Below, in pieces: positions 40,035 through 53,716 of a stretch of 57,288 nucleotides of DNA (position 1 is the stretch's first letter; the number at the start of each line of letters is the position of its first letter). Made by a program: the position numbers and the translations under genes. Source of the stretch: Basidiobolus meristosporus CBS 931.73 (taxonomy: Eukaryota; Fungi; Basidiobolomycota); assembly GCA_002104905.1 (NCBI GenBank), contig MCFE01000566.1, forward strand, positions 1 to 57,288, written 5' to 3'. The notes beneath the pieces are model-generated. The model worked only from the letters and a program-made list of their open reading frames with translations, had not been told where the DNA came from and searched no databases.

Positions 40035-40442
40035 TTGGGAAAGGTGTAGTGTAGTCAGAAACTGTGATCGCCCAGCTTAAAACGTTTTTTTCCTTTGCAT
40101 GGAATTGTTTTCATTTCATCACCAGTCAATAAGAATGCATTAATCAAGAATTACGAGTTGGTGAAATTTGGGCTTCGATAGTTGGATCCACTCTATTTGA
40201 ATCAAGTGCGAGAAATGTATTGAGTGCAAGGTATAAATTTATTAATCTAAGAAGCTCTACATGGAAAATCATGACCTCTGTGATCTGTACAATCTGGAAT
40301 CAATAGAACAGGAGTATTAGCTGTTCGGTTATTCGTCACGGACACTTCCGCTCCAACAGAATAAACGAATGTGCCTTGTGATTCCCGGTATATGCTAAGC
40401 TGTTTTTGATTGAACCCTGGCTCGAACAACGAGCCAGCTCCT

Positions 40443-43400
40443 CTACGTGCTGCTGAACTTGTTGATTGTGTTGACAAGCTCATTGAACCGCAGTGGCTTG
40501 GTGACATATTCGTCCATCCCGGCACTGAGGCATTTCTCACGATCCCCGATCATTGCGTGGGCGGTAAGTGCGATGATTGGGATATGCATGCCAGTGATCC
40601 TTTCCATCTCGCGGATGCGCGCTGTAGCTTCGAACCCACCCATGATGGGCATCTGGAGATCCATCAATATCAGGTCAAACTTCGTGTTCTCCACCGCCTC
40701 TACCGCAAGAAGCCCATTAGACACGATCACAACCTCGTGGCCATGCTTTTCCAGGATTCTGACCGCAATCTTCTGATTCACAAGATTGTCCTCGGCAAGC
40801 AGAATCTTCATCTTCTTGGCGTTTACCTCTGTGGTTAAGGCTAGGTGGGATTCAAGAGCTGGCATCAATGCATTTGTGAGCTCGGTTATGTTGGCTGGGA
40901 CATTCATATAGGAGGTGATCAGCATATCAATGCAGCTCTTCATTTTCAATTTCATGGGCATCGTGATGGCTAGCAGTACCACCGGGACATAGCGAAGACA
41001 TGGATACTGGCGGATTTTTTCCACGTCCGACACTTCATCGACGACCACCATGTCGAAGAGCGGGGTTGTTGGCTTCGATGAGCTGGCTACGTTTACTGCC
41101 TCCTTCACCGAAGAGACCAGTACGGGCTTGAGCCTGAGCTCCTTCAACATCTCGAAGACAGTTAGGCTTTCCGGGTGCTTTTGGGTACTCAGGAATAGAA
41201 CGTTTCTGTTGCTGAACGAAACGATACGTTGCTCGATCTGCTCCGGAGGCATATGGCCGAGGGTGAACTCGGTTGTGAAATAAAAGTCACTGCCCTCCCC
41301 ATAGATGCTCTTAACCCACAGATCGCCGCCCATTAGATTGACCAGCTGCTTTGAGATGGACAAGCCAAGGCCAGTGCCTCCGTACTTCCGGGTGGTGGAC
41401 CCATCTGCCTGCGAGAATGTGTCAAAGATCAGGTTGAATTTGTCGCTCTGGATTCCGATGCCCGTATCCCCTACACAGAATGTCAGTACTGTTTTGTCCG
41501 CGGTGATCTTCTTTACAGTGGCCTGCAGGATCACTTGGCCTTCCGTGGTGAATTTGATTGCGTTCCCAACCAGATTGGTGATTACCTGGCGCAATCGCAA
41601 GGGATCCCCCACTAGCTGGTCGGGTATGTCTTTGTCTACGTCGTACACCAGGTCGAGCCTCTTCTGGTTGGCCTTCACCGCTAGAGTCTTCAGTACACCA
41701 AACACAGCATTCCTTAGAGAGAAGGGGATCTGCTCAATCATCAGCTTGCCTGCTTCGATTTTGGAGATATCCAGAATATCGTCGATGATTGTCAGCAAAG
41801 AGTTTGCGAGCTGATTAACGATAGTAAGGTTTTCTCTCTGCTGTCGGGTCAGGTCGGATTCCAAGGTGAGGCCGGTCATACCGATAATCCCATTCATTGG
41901 CGTTCGAATCTCGTGAGACATATTGGCCAAGAACTCGCTCTTGGCGCGGTTGGCAAGTTCGGCTGCCTCTCTCGCGGCTAGGTTTCTCTGGATGCTCTCC
42001 CTCAAGTTGTAGACCATCTGGTTGATCTTGGTTTTGAGCGAGTCCATCTCACCGGATGCCTCGACTGTGATGTATCTTGTGTAATCCCCGTCAGTCGCTG
42101 CGGCAGATATTTGGGCAAATGCTCTAACTTGCGTGGTGAGATTCGCTGCCATTGTGTTTACGTTGCTGGTTATTTCTTGCCAGATTCCTTTGACATCCTT
42201 CACTTGTGCCTGGACCCCCAGTTTACCTTCGGTACCAACTTCACGGGCCACACGGGTCACTTCTGCTGCAAATGTACTCAGTTGGTCCACCATGGTGTTG
42301 ATCGTGTTCTTCAGGTCCAAGACCTCTCCCTTCACATTGACCGTGATTTTCTTGGATAAGTCGCCACAAGCAACGGCCTTACATACATGTGCGATATCTC
42401 GAACTTGGGCGGTCAAATTCGATGCCATGGTATTAACATTGTCGGTAAGCTCTTTCCACGTGCCATCCACGTCTTTCACCACCGCTTGCCCACCCAGGAA
42501 TCCTTCTGTTCCTACTTCTCTGGCCACCCTGGTTACTTCGGCTGCAAAGATCCGTAATTGGTCCACCATAGAGTTGACCGTATTTTTCAACTCCAGAATT
42601 TCTCCTTTCACATCTACCGTGACCTTTTTCGATAGGTCACCGCGAGCAACTGCTGTTGTGACGGCTGCGATAGATCTCACTTGCCCGGTCAAATTGGCTG
42701 CCATGATGTTGACATTGTCAGTCAGATTTTTCCAGATACCTGCAACATCCTTCACTACAGCCTGGCCGCCAAGCTTCCCTTCGGTGCCAACCTCTAGGGA
42801 TACTCGTGTAACCTCTGTGGCAAACGTTTGGAGCTGATCAACCATGGTGTTTATCGTGTTCTTGAGATCTAGCATCTCTCCTTTAACGTCGACGGTTACC
42901 TTCTTGGACAAGTCTCCACAGGCTACGGCTTTGCTAACGTTTGCTATGTCACGGACCTGATCGGTCAAGTTGGCAGCCATTGTGTTTACATTGTCCGTTA
43001 GCTCCTTCCATGTACCTCCGACATCTTTTACAATGGCTTGTCCTCCTAGTTTTCCCTCCGTACCCACTTCACGAGCGACACGGGTCACCTCCGCTGCGAA
43101 AGTCCGCAACTGGTCAACCATGGAATTAACCGTTGTTTTAAGCTCATTAATCTCGCCTTTTACGTCAACCGTGATTTTCTTGGAGAGATCACCGCACGCC
43201 ACCGCAGTAGTAACTTCGGCAATTGAGCGCACCTGGCCCGTGAGATTCGCTGCCATGATGTTAACATTGTCTGTTAATTCTTTCCATATACCCGCAACTC
43301 CTTTGACTATGGCTTGACCTCCAAGCTTTCCTTCGGTACCAACTTCAAGTGATACTCTCGTTACCTCGGTGCCAAATGTTTGCAGTTGGTCAACCATGGT

Positions 43401-46400
43401 GTTGATAGTATTTTTAAGGTCCAGCATCTCCCCTTTGACATCCACGGTAACCTTTTTCGAAAGGTCGCCTACAGAGATTGCTTTGCTAACATGAGCAATA
43501 TCGCGAACTTGTGCGGTGAGATTCAAAGCCATCATGTTGACGTTTTCTGTCAGGTCTTTCCAGGTTCCACCTACATCCTGGACTACAGCTTGTCCTCCTA
43601 GCTTCCCTTCTGTGCCGACCTCACGTGCTACTCTAGTCACTTCAGCAGCAAAGGTTCGGAGTTGGTCAACCATAGTGTTGATGGTTAATTTCAGATCCAG
43701 AATTTCGCCTTGGACGTTAACAGTAACCTTCTTGGAGAGATCACCGGTAGCTACGGCTTTGCTGACACTTGCAATATCTCGTACTTGGCTAGTCAGATTC
43801 CACGCCATCATGTTGACATTTTCAGTCAAGTCTTTCCAAGTACCTCCGACATCTTTTACTATGGCCTGGCCACCAAGCTTCCCTTCGGTGCCGACTTCTC
43901 TGGCCACTCGAGTCACCTCGGAGGCAAATGTCTGCAACTGGTCCACCATGGTGTTGATCGTCACCTTCAGCTCGTTGATCTCTCCTTTCACATCCACAGT
44001 GACCTTTTTGGACAGATCTCCACGAGCAACCGCTTTACTCACATTGGCTATATCGCGGACTTGTGCAGTCAAGTTCGATGCCATCAGATTTACATTTTCT
44101 GTGAGGTCTTTCCAAGTTCCACCGACATCCTTGACAACTGCCTGCCCGCCTAGTTTTCCTTGAGTACCGACTTCTCTCGCAACCCTGGTCACTTCGGATG
44201 CGAAGGTTTGCAGTTGGTCAACCATAGTATTGATGGTATTTTTCAGTTCAAGAATTTCGCCTTTGACATTAACTGTGACCTTCTTGGATAGATCGCCTCG
44301 AGCCACTGCTTTACTGACATTGGCTATGTCCCGGACTTGGCCGGTTAAGTTAGATGCCATCAGATTGACATTGTCGGTGAGGTCTTTCCAGGTGCCTCCA
44401 ATATCTTTTACTATGGCCTGGCCACCAAGCTTGCCTTCAGTACCGACTTCTCTGGCCACTCGAGTCACCTCGGATGCAAATGTCTGCAACTGGTCCACCA
44501 TGGTGTTGATCGTCACCTTGAGCTCGTTGATCTCTCCTTTCACATCCACAGTGACCTTTTTGGACAGATCTCCACGAGCAACCGCTTTGCTCACATTTGC
44601 TATGTCCCGCACCTGATTGGTAAGATTGGAAGCCATCATATTCACGTTGTCAGTCAGATCCTTCCAGGTTCCGCCAACATCTTTGACAACCGCTTGTCCA
44701 CCAAGCTTACCCTCTGTACCGACTTCTCTGGCCACTCGAGTCACCTCGGATGCGAATGTCTGCAACTGGTCCACCATGGTGTTGATCGTCATCTTGAGCT
44801 CGTTGATCTCCCCTTTCACATCCACAGTGACCTTTTTGGAGAGATCCCCAACAGAAATGGCTTTACTCACATGTGCGATGTCTCTTACTTGGTTGGTCAA
44901 GTTAGATGCCATCAGATTGACATTGTCGGTGAGGTCTTTCCAGGTGCCTCCAACATCTTTGACAACTGCTTGTCCACCAAGTTTACCCTCTGTGCCGACT
45001 TCTCTGGCCACTCGAGTCACCTCGGATGCAAATGTCTGCAACTGGTCCACCATGGTGTTGATCGTCACCTTCAGCTCGTTGATCTCTCCTTTCACATCCA
45101 CAGTGACCTTTTTGGACAGATCTCCACGAGCAACCGCTTTGCTCACATTTGCTATGTCCCGCACCTGATTGGTAAGATTGGAAGCCATCATATTCACGTT
45201 GTCAGTCAGATCCTTCCAGGTTCCGCCAACATCTTTGACAACCGCTTGTCCACCAAGCTTACCCTCTGTACCGACTTCTCTGGCCACTCGAGTCACCTCG
45301 GATGCAAATGTCTGCAACTGGTCCACCATGGTGTTGATCGTCATCTTGAGCTCGTTGATCTCCCCTTTCACATCCACAGTGACCTTTTTGGAGAGATCCC
45401 CACGAGCAACCGCTTTACTCACATTTGCAATGTCACGTACTTGCGCAGTAAGATTGGACGCCATGAGGTTGACATTCTCGGTGAGATCTTTCCAAGTTCC
45501 ACCGACATCCTTGACCACAGCCTGGCCACCAAGCTTGCCTTCTGTTCCAACCTCTCTTGCTACCCTGGTGACTTCCGAGGCAAATGTCTGCAGTTGATCT
45601 ACCATTGTGTTAATAGTGTTCTTGAGATCGAGCATTTCGCCCTTTACGTTCACCGTAACCTTCTTTGAGAGATCACCTCGTGCCACCGCCTTGCTCACAT
45701 TTGCTATATCTCGAACTTGGTTGGTAAGGTTTGAGGCCATCATGTTTACTTTGTCGGTCAAATCTTTCCAGGTGCCTCCAACATCTTTTACTATGGCCTG
45801 GCCACCAAGCTTTCCTTCGGTGCCGACTTCTCTGGCTACCCGAGTCACCTCGGATGCAAATGTCTGCAGCTGGTCCACCATGGTGTTGATCGTCATCTTG
45901 AGCTCGTTGATCTCCCCTTTCACATCCACAGTGACCTTTTTGGAGAGATCCCCAACAGAAATGGCTTTACTCACATGTGCGATGTCTCTTACTTGGTTTG
46001 TCAAGTTAGATGCCATCAGATTGACATTGTCGGTGAGGTCTTTCCAGGTGCCTCCAACATCTTTGACAATGGCCTGGCCACCAAGTTTGCCTTCAGTACC
46101 GACTTCTCTGGCCACCCTAGTAACCTCGGATGCGAATGTCTGCAACTGGTCCACCATGGTGTTGATCGTCATCTTGAGCTCGTTGATCTCTCCTTTCACG
46201 TCCACAGTAACCTTTTTGGAGAGATCCCCAACAGAAATGGCTTTACTCACATGTGCGATGTCTCTTACTTGGTTGGTCAAGTTAGATGCCATCAGATTGA
46301 CATTGTCGGTGAGGTCTTTCCAGGTGCCTCCAACATCTTTGACAACTGCTTGTCCACCAAGTTTACCCTCTGTGCCGACTTCTCTGGCCACTCGAGTCAC

Positions 46401-48284
46401 CTCGGATGCAAATGTCTGCAACTGGTCCACCATGGTGTTGATCGTCACCTTCAGCTCGTTGATCTCTCCTTTCACATCCACAGTGACCTTTTTGGATAGA
46501 TCTCCACGAGCAACCGCTTTGCTCACATTTGCTATGTCCCGCACCTGATTGGTAAGATTGGAAGCCATCATATTCACGTTGTCAGTCAGATCCTTCCAGG
46601 TTCCGCCAACATCTTTGACAACCGCTTGTCCACCAAGCTTACCCTCTGTACCGACTTCTCTGGCTACCCGAGTCACCTCGGATGCAAATGTCTGCAACTG
46701 GTCCACCATGGTATTGATCGTCATCTTGAGCTCGTTGATCTCCCCTTTCACATCCACAGTGACCTTTTTGGAGAGATCCCCACGAGCAACCGCTTTACTC
46801 ACATTTGCAATGTCACGTACTTGCGCAGTAAGATTGGACGCCATGAGGTTGACATTCTCGGTGAGATCTTTCCAAGTTCCACCGACATCCTTGACCACAG
46901 CCTGGCCACCAAGCTTGCCTTCTGTTCCAACCTCTAGTGATACCCTGGTGACTTCTGTTGCGAATGTCTGCAATTGGTCTACCATAGTATTGATAGTCGT
47001 TTTTAATTCGTGAATTTCGCCTTTAACATCAACTGTAACCTTCTTCGATAAGTCACCTCTGGCAACTGCCTTGCTTACGTTGGCAATATCTCTCACTTGT
47101 GCTGTAAGATTGGAGGCCATCAAATTTACATTGTCTGTCAGTAGTTTCCAGGTTCCATCTACACCAGGAACTTCAGCTTGGACACCAAGTTTTCCTTCTG
47201 TTCCCACTTCATGGGCAACGCGAGTTACTTCAGAGGCAAATGAGTTCAGCTGATCTACCATTGTGTTGATAGTGTTCTTCAAAACGAACGTTTCGCCCTT
47301 TACATCCACCGATATCTTCTTAGATAGGTCTCCGCACGCCACTGCTGTGCATACTTCAGTGATATCACGAACTTGCTCAGAGTGGCTTGAAGCCACGCGA
47401 TTCAAGTTGATCATCATCTCTTTCCAGGATCCACCCCATTTACGAGTTTCACCTTGAATACATAATTTACCCATTTCGGCCATTTCACGTCCAACATGTA
47501 ATACTTCGGAGGAAAGCTCCTCCAAGCGGTCGGCCATACTGTTAATCGCGTTCTTCAAAGCCAAAGTAGATCCGGTAGCTTCTGTACACACAATACGCTG
47601 AGAGAGGTCGCCATTTGTAATGGCAATGGCAACTTTAGTACACTCGTCCATACAGTTTGAACAAGTGCTCTTTGAGTTACTGGATGGTGTGAGAGGATGA
47701 ACATCGTCAAGTTCATCGTCATAGTCCTCGCCAGAGGCAGAGGTGCAAGAAGAGGAGAGCGACTCCGCTTCTGAATGCTTACCCGAAATGTAGGTTGGTA
47801 GATGTGGACCCACTTGGGATACAAGTAGCTCAAGGGAATTGGAAATGCCCTGATCGTTGTCCAGGTGGGAGGAGAATTTGCCTTGCCCTTCCGGAGTATG
47901 GGTCTCTCGTTGTCTGGCGAGATAATCACACTCCGCGGAATCCCCATTGGAGCCTATCGGTAAGTACGGGCGGGGGTTGGTCACCTCACTAGGAGGAGGA
48001 ATTCTACCATAACGTTGCTGGTATCTCTCCAACTCCTTTTCCAAGAATAGTTGGCGACGCAACACCTGTTGAAGGGCCTTTTCCACCTGCATCTCGACCT
48101 CCGAAGACCCACGGTTGAGAGAGTAGGTGTATTTGTTTGGGCTGTCGTGGCCCATGGAAGCCAGAATCTCACCCACGTATGTTAAAAAATCGGCTCCCAT
48201 GTTGGTAGTTGTAGTGTGGATTACTGCGTCGGATGCGAATTTATCCTCGGTGACCACAGATAATCGGCGAGAGGCGAAGGTCAT
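40443..48284 (-). CDS. NIK1: Group III hybrid histidine kinase (NIK1/OS-1-like) with a very long poly-HAMP array; 2613 aa, intronless
   Basis: Tandem 92-aa HAMP units; His[18 protein letters not shown]; HATPase boxes ([30 protein letters not shown]); a degenerate first receiver and a canonical second receiver (LLAEDN...LILMDLQMP...YVTKP). Confidence 0.96.
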   Translation of the reverse strand: MTFASRRLSVVTEDKFASDAVIHTTTTNMGADFLTYVGEILASMGHDSPNKYTYSLNRGSSEVEMQVEKALQQVLRRQLFLEKELERYQQRYGRIPPPSEVTNPRPYLPIGSNGDSAECDYLARQRETHTPEGQGKFSSHLDNDQGISNSLELLVSQVGPHLPTYISGKHSEAESLSSSCTSASGEDYDDELDDVHPLTPSSNSKSTCSNCMDECTKVAIAITNGDLSQRIVCTEATGSTLALKNAINSMADRLEELSSEVLHVGREMAEMGKLCIQGETRKWGGSWKEMMINLNRVASSHSEQVRDITEVCTAVACGDLSKKISVDVKGETFVLKNTINTMVDQLNSFASEVTRVAHEVGTEGKLGVQAEVPGVDGTWKLLTDNVNLMASNLTAQVRDIANVSKAVARGDLSKKVTVDVKGEIHELKTTINTMVDQLQTFATEVTRVSLEVGTEGKLGGQAVVKDVGGTWKDLTENVNLMASNLTAQVRDIANVSKAVARGDLSKKVTVDVKGEINELKMTINTMVDQLQTFASEVTRVAREVGTEGKLGGQAVVKDVGGTWKDLTDNVNMMASNLTNQVRDIANVSKAVARGDLSKKVTVDVKGEINELKVTINTMVDQLQTFASEVTRVAREVGTEGKLGGQAVVKDVGGTWKDLTDNVNLMASNLTNQVRDIAHVSKAISVGDLSKKVTVDVKGEINELKMTINTMVDQLQTFASEVTRVAREVGTEGKLGGQAIVKDVGGTWKDLTDNVNLMASNLTNQVRDIAHVSKAISVGDLSKKVTVDVKGEINELKMTINTMVDQLQTFASEVTRVAREVGTEGKLGGQAIVKDVGGTWKDLTDKVNMMASNLTNQVRDIANVSKAVARGDLSKKVTVNVKGEMLDLKNTINTMVDQLQTFASEVTRVAREVGTEGKLGGQAVVKDVGGTWKDLTENVNLMASNLTAQVRDIANVSKAVARGDLSKKVTVDVKGEINELKMTINTMVDQLQTFASEVTRVAREVGTEGKLGGQAVVKDVGGTWKDLTDNVNMMASNLTNQVRDIANVSKAVARGDLSKKVTVDVKGEINELKVTINTMVDQLQTFASEVTRVAREVGTEGKLGGQAVVKDVGGTWKDLTDNVNLMASNLTNQVRDIAHVSKAISVGDLSKKVTVDVKGEINELKMTINTMVDQLQTFASEVTRVAREVGTEGKLGGQAVVKDVGGTWKDLTDNVNMMASNLTNQVRDIANVSKAVARGDLSKKVTVDVKGEINELKVTINTMVDQLQTFASEVTRVAREVGTEGKLGGQAIVKDIGGTWKDLTDNVNLMASNLTGQVRDIANVSKAVARGDLSKKVTVNVKGEILELKNTINTMVDQLQTFASEVTRVAREVGTQGKLGGQAVVKDVGGTWKDLTENVNLMASNLTAQVRDIANVSKAVARGDLSKKVTVDVKGEINELKVTINTMVDQLQTFASEVTRVAREVGTEGKLGGQAIVKDVGGTWKDLTENVNMMAWNLTSQVRDIASVSKAVATGDLSKKVTVNVQGEILDLKLTINTMVDQLRTFAAEVTRVAREVGTEGKLGGQAVVQDVGGTWKDLTENVNMMALNLTAQVRDIAHVSKAISVGDLSKKVTVDVKGEMLDLKNTINTMVDQLQTFGTEVTRVSLEVGTEGKLGGQAIVKGVAGIWKELTDNVNIMAANLTGQVRSIAEVTTAVACGDLSKKITVDVKGEINELKTTVNSMVDQLRTFAAEVTRVAREVGTEGKLGGQAIVKDVGGTWKELTDNVNTMAANLTDQVRDIANVSKAVACGDLSKKVTVDVKGEMLDLKNTINTMVDQLQTFATEVTRVSLEVGTEGKLGGQAVVKDVAGIWKNLTDNVNIMAANLTGQVRSIAAVTTAVARGDLSKKVTVDVKGEILELKNTVNSMVDQLRIFAAEVTRVAREVGTEGFLGGQAVVKDVDGTWKELTDNVNTMASNLTAQVRDIAHVCKAVACGDLSKKITVNVKGEVLDLKNTINTMVDQLSTFAAEVTRVAREVGTEGKLGVQAQVKDVKGIWQEITSNVNTMAANLTTQVRAFAQISAAATDGDYTRYITVEASGEMDSLKTKINQMVYNLRESIQRNLAAREAAELANRAKSEFLANMSHEIRTPMNGIIGMTGLTLESDLTRQQRENLTIVNQLANSLLTIIDDILDISKIEAGKLMIEQIPFSLRNAVFGVLKTLAVKANQKRLDLVYDVDKDIPDQLVGDPLRLRQVITNLVGNAIKFTTEGQVILQATVKKITADKTVLTFCVGDTGIGIQSDKFNLIFDTFSQADGSTTRKYGGTGLGLSISKQLVNLMGGDLWVKSIYGEGSDFYFTTEFTLGHMPPEQIEQRIVSFSNRNVLFLSTQKHPESLTVFEMLKELRLKPVLVSSVKEAVNVASSSKPTTPLFDMVVVDEVSDVEKIRQYPCLRYVPVVLLAITMPMKLKMKSCIDMLITSYMNVPANITELTNALMPALESHLALTTEVNAKKMKILLAEDNLVNQKIAVRILEKHGHEVVIVSNGLLAVEAVENTKFDLILMDLQMPIMGGFEATARIREMERITGMHIPIIALTAHAMIGDREKCLSAGMDEYVTKPLRFNELVNTINKFSST
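42000..47640 (-). repeat. Coding tandem array with 276-bp period (20 HAMP units plus a terminal HAMP)
   Basis: The GDLS motif occurs 20 times plus a final GDYT in the translation, and nucleotide motifs recur at multiples of 276 bp. Boundaries are approximate. Confidence 0.95.
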
Positions 48285-51200
48285 GAACAGTCAAGATTAC
48301 AAGAAAATTTAAAATTACAAGGGGAGGTGCCGAGAATGTGCAAAGCTACTATTCACTCTATAGGTCACAATATGGTACAGGCGGTATATAAGTTGAAGAA
48401 ATCCGCACGATATAACCGCGAATAAGCTCGATTCGGCTGCGTTGGTGAATCCGGTTGTAAATTGTTGTGTCTGATGGTAGGGCTTTCAAAGAAAGAAGAC
48501 TGGGATATTCTAATGGTCGGGAGCAACGAATAAACCTGATTGATTACGATAAAGGCGTTAAAACCTATAGACAACCTGAAAGAGGTGAGGGAGGAATATC
48601 GTCAACCAAAAACGAGCAGACTGGAGGTTAATAAAGGTGTGGCGAGTGCGTTTTTTATACTGATTCCTATTCTACTGTAGTATTCGGATTTCAGGGAGTA
48701 CAAGTCCAGTAAGCAATGCAATAAGTAGCAATGATGACATACTTTGCCAGCAAACATAATATGTACTTATTTAAGAGTTTAGGAGCAGGTAACAGGTTGA
48801 ACTCTGGGACCTTTCCATTCAATAGAGCCGTACATCAAAATGGAAATTAGTCAAAGACATGGTGATATCAAGAAATCATGGCGTCTCACAGAGGGCCAAT
48901 CTAAATGCGATCATTAAAAATCCCATTTCCCTGGAAACCCACCAAGTAATAGGAACATCACAGGTGGAATTAGAGTTTGCCACACATATCCCCATGAACA
49001 AACAACATGCATGTTGGTATCTTAATGACGGGCCAAACAAGAGGAGAATAGCCAGACGATCGATGGGTGGAACACGGACATGTGCATGGAAAACCTCCAT
49101 CTATACATAATAGATAGACTCCGTAAACCTAATACATAATCGGCCCCAGCCACATGTCCCCTCAGCAGTTTGCCTTGGTGACATGGATAAAGGCTATCTA
49201 AGACCAAGATTTCCATATTTCTCTTTGGTCGCACCAGCATATCCACCCGATTGCCAACGATCGGCAATTGAACGAAGTGTTATCGGTGGCTAACAGCACT
49301 GGCCAAGGATTTGGAAAGCAACAGCACTGATTGGCCATCACCAGCCTGTTCACCAACCAACTCCCAGGGATACACGAGATGTGGGTCTTTATCAAATGCG
49401 TACTGAGGATTGATTTTCCAAAGGGGATGGTGAGCGGACGATATGGCGAAAGAACTGTGGAAAACGTGCAACAGCATTAACGTAGCGGCCGCTCCGAACC
49501 CACGACTTACCATTCAGCAGTACATGAACACTGCATGCTATTCGGATTCGTAGGAGATCTCGAAAAACTTCCGGATACTGATGCACTGTATCTTGGCTTA
49601 CTGGGTGGGCATTTCCTTCGAAGACTGCGCATCCCAATTCTATTAGGTGCTCAATGCTGATTACAGAATATCCCTTATTTCAGTGTACTATTCGATTGCT
49701 GCCAAGGTGGTGCAGATTACGCCCTATGCGCGGCTCAGACAGAACATACCCAATCCATGATCACTGAACTGTTATATGGAAGAGTTACACCACATATACC
49801 TGAGCCAAGTAACCCCATGACATAGGGGTACCATGGGCGAAAGCACCACCAGGGTGCATTCTGACGGATTCCGAGGAAAAGTCCGTCCACAAGCTGTCCC
49901 AAGGATCCTGGCTTGCTCCATGATGGCCAATGCATCTAGACTTCCATATATTTGTTCAACCTTTGAAGAGGCCACTCATTGTTGGCCGAACCCAAATTTC
50001 CACAAACGCCAATGCCCGCCTGGGTTACACACCGAGTGATTTCTGCCATGTCCAGCACCAGCCATACACAGGACGCGACGCCTGGTTTCAGTGCAGCAAA
50101 TGTGAGCATCATTATGTAAGTCTCACTTACCATCCACCAAATATGGTATCCTGTTAATAACCCTAATTGTCGATATTTCTTCCGTCTGGGAGATTCCGGC
50201 GCCTTCCCAGTCACCTCTCCTGATCATAACTCTAGGTTTCGAACCGGGGCATCGAATTACGTCAGTTTCCCTCCGTCCCACAGTTGGTGACCAAGTACTG
50301 TTAACCGGGCGCGGTCAGGTCCACGTGAATCAATTGTTGTATCTGAGCCCCACAGCATGATTTTCCCTGGCCAAAATCCCAGGTAGGCAGGCTGAATCGG
50401 CAACTGTGCTGATTGGTTGGATAATCTATTCAGACGAGGCCTTCTGACACCTGACCTGACCTGACCTTACCATGATCTCCTGGTGTCGTGCGAAGGCGCA
50501 GAAGCGTTCGGGGCCGATGAGGGATTGAGGGATTGTCAGGAATTACTGGGAGTATGGGCACATGCTAAACACGTCTCGGGCAGGCTCGTGTTGCACCGAT
50601 CCCGGCATCGCCAAAGTCCCTTCTGAACTGGACTTTTCACCTTGAAGGGAAGTTGTTGAAGTGTCGCGAGAATAGGGTTACGGGTATAGGGTAGACCCAA
50701 GCGTCCAGAACACTCCCTTCTGAATTGGTTCATACAGCGTTTGGCTTAATAACTGACCAGGTTGCAAATCTCCCCTAATCATTCGGCCTGGAAGGTGCAT
50801 GAGTCGTACTTGCACCGTCTGAAATCCGGAAAGCGCCCTTGTGCTGCTAGCTTCAGCCGGATGCTTTGACGCTCCCATGAATTGCCGTTCCGTTTGCGTA
50901 CCTGTTTGCACTTTTCAACCTCACCCTATCATTGCGTTACTATTGCTGCTTGCTTTACCCCCTTTGGAACTAAGGCGCTCCTTCACTGAGTTGGGGTGCT
51001 TGGGGCATTCATCACCAGTAACCATTCACTCTTGGCCGGCCATTTCATTGGCCTATGGTGCTGGGTGGAAAAGATATAATTGGCCACCATGTAATTCTCA
51101 AGTGGTTGTTGCAATCTCTTTGGGCTAGGTGGTCATTATTTCCAGGATGACTGCTCAAAACCCATCTGGATGGATACTAATACACATACTTATCAACATC

Positions 51201-51354
51201 TCTGTACATGAGTGAAGTTTTTATGTCTATTTAATGGACTTATTGCATTGCTCAACCTGATTGTAGTGCCTCTGCATGCCACATAGGCCATGGAGTGCAA
51301 GGTTACAATAGGAACCAACCTGCATCCTGTGAGTACTAAATATAGTACTCACTC

Positions 51355-53716
51355 CTTGTCCAAGTGTTCTGCTGCTAAGAAAATGTATCTGAGGTGAAAA
51401 TTCTTTACTACAAAGATGCTGCCAGGAGAAGAAATGAAAAATCTAACTAACAGAATTACCCTGCTGGTAGATGAAATGGAATCTGTGAGCATACCAACTA
51501 CTGATGAGGATGTGATAGTTACCATCCTGAATAGCCTGACAGACAAGTTTCAGGGCGTTGTATCAATCCTAGAGTCCAGAACTGAAGATTTAACCTTAAA
51601 TTACATATATGGAAGGCTCTTGGATGAAGAATTAAGAAAATCAAGCACCAATAAGAAGGAAGAAGAAAATGCTTTAATAAGAAATGATAACCAACAAAGG
51701 AAGTACTCAAGACCCTACAAAGGCAACAGAAACCTGTTTTGCAACTACTGCAAAGGAAAGAACACACATCAGACCAGTGCCTCAAGAAGAGAGATAATCA
51801 GCAAAAGAAGCCTGAATATGGAAATGCTGCAACAACTGAAGATAGACTATTCATATCTGCACTAAATATGACCACAAATAAAGATTCTCAGATGTGGTAT
51901 ATTGACTCTAGAGCATCTCAACACTATACACACCAAAAAGAACATATTACCCAATATTAAGAAATTCCAATTAAGAAGGTTTTCATGGGTGACAATAGAA
52001 CACTTGATGCAGTGGGAAAAGGAACTATCCAAGTAAACCTTAGAAGCAGTGAAGGAAGCCATACACTGACCTTTAAAGAAGTACTCTATGTTCCAGATGA
52101 TAGCCAAGAACCTGCAATCTGTAAGCAAGGCCACTGTAGAAGGACTCAATTTCAGCTTTGACAATTCTGGATGCAAGATCACTGATCAAAATGGTGCCCA
52201 TATTGCTTTGGGTATCAGAAATCAGAATCTATACAGGTTGACTTATATTCCATTGTATTTGGAAGCCAATATAAGTAATATAAATGAAGAAGCACCAATG
52301 CATTGGCACAGAAGATTTGGACACATCAATTTTGATTATTTGCGCAAAATGATCAAAGATCAGCTAGTTTCTGGAGTAAAAATTGATCCTCCAGCTAATT
52401 TGGAGCACTGTGAAGCCTGCATATATGGGAAACAAGCCAGACCACCGTTCAAGAACTCTGGGTCAATTAAAACTAAGACAAATTAGATCTAATTCACTCA
52501 GATCTGTGTGGACCTATGCAAAATTTATCCTTAGGTGGGATGAAGTATTTAATCACTTTTATTGATGATTATACAAGATACATGTGGGTTTACCTCATGG
52601 AGAGAAAGAAAGAAGCTCTGTCCAAGTTCAGGGAGTTCAAAGCCATGGTGGACAGAGAAACTGGTGAAAAAATCAAGAAAATATGCTCTGACAATGGTGG
52701 AGAATATATCTCAAAACTCTTCATCTACTTCTGCAAAATTCATGGGATAAAGCAAGAGACTACTGTACCATACTCCCCACAGCAAAATGGAGTAGCAGAA
52801 CGTGCAAACAGATAAATAACTGAAATGGGAAGATCTATGATCCATGATCAATTATTATCCTATGATATTTGGGTAGAATCAGATGCCATATCTGTATACC
52901 TTAAAAATAGGAGTTATAACAGAATACTTTGTGATTCTACTCCATTTGAAGCATGGTATGGTTACAGATCAAGTGCAGAACATCTACAAATATTTGGGTG
53001 TGCAGCATATGCCAAGAAACTTTCTGGAAATCAGCCAGTTTTTGAGCCAAAAAGTGTAAAATGAATATTTTTGGGTTACTGCAATGAGAGTAAAGCATAC
53101 AGACTCTACAATAACAAAGCAAAGAAGCTAATCAAGTCCAGGGATGGGTTGTTTGATGAAAATTTAAAATTTTCACAAAAAATGACATTGGAAGATGACA
53201 AAAATCTGTCCTCTAGTCCACCAATTGTCAGGATTAAATCAAAGCAAAACAATGAGAATTTCTCACTCCAGAGGACTCTACAACTATAGTTCAGCCTGAA
53301 GCAGTGCCCAGGAATATCCCAGAAGTGATCATTCCAGTATTAAATGCCCAGAGATCAAATTGGACAAGAAATAGCCCAAATTACTATATCAATGAGGGTA
53401 CAAACTTAGCCTATGCCTATTCAGTCCATATTGATGAGCCCCAGACTGTAAAAGAGGCCCTAAATAGCCCTCAGACAAGGTTTTGGAGATCAGCAATGAC
53501 TTAGGAATATCAGGCCCCAATGGAAAATCAAACTTGGGACTTGGTCAAATTACCAATCAACAAAAAATCAATTGGATGCAGAAGGGTCTTCAAGACCAAA
53601 TACAAGGCTGATGATACAATTGAAAGATACAAAGCAAGACTTGTGGCCAAAGGATACTCTCAAACAAAAGGACCTGACTATACTGAGACCTTTGCATTGG
53701 TAGGCAAGTTTAATTC
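51355..53716 (+). mobile_element. Decayed, 5'-truncated Ty1/copia retrotransposon (partial gag, protease, integrase, start of RT)
   Basis: Colinear with 54390-56750 but carries premature stops (AGG TGA, CAA>TAA, TCA>TAA, TGC>TGA, GAG>TAG), frameshifts and DSG>DSR in the protease. Homology ends abruptly after AAGTTTAATTC at 53716. Confidence 0.93.

Noticed and set aside
40410-47457. Many long + strand ORFs opposite the histidine kinase
   Set aside because: Antisense shadows of the repetitive, codon-biased HAMP array; they repeat with the same period and have no independent motifs.
42000-47640. Regular repeat array as a possible CRISPR or satellite
   Set aside because: The units are 276-bp in-frame coding repeats with no unique spacers.
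50225-50260. B-box-like GGTTCGAAACC on the minus strand (and GGTTCAATCC at about 6551)
   Set aside because: No T-stem, acceptor stem or A-box could be formed, so neither is a tRNA.
50465-50480. CTTACCATGATC resembling part of U1 snRNA
   Set aside because: No ACTTACCTG 5' end, Sm site or stem-loops; better explained as a minus-strand splice donor.
51130-51354. Possible 5' LTR of the older copia copy
   Set aside because: No similarity to the 53717-54066 LTR, the primer site or the gag N-terminus; the old copy is simply 5'-truncated.
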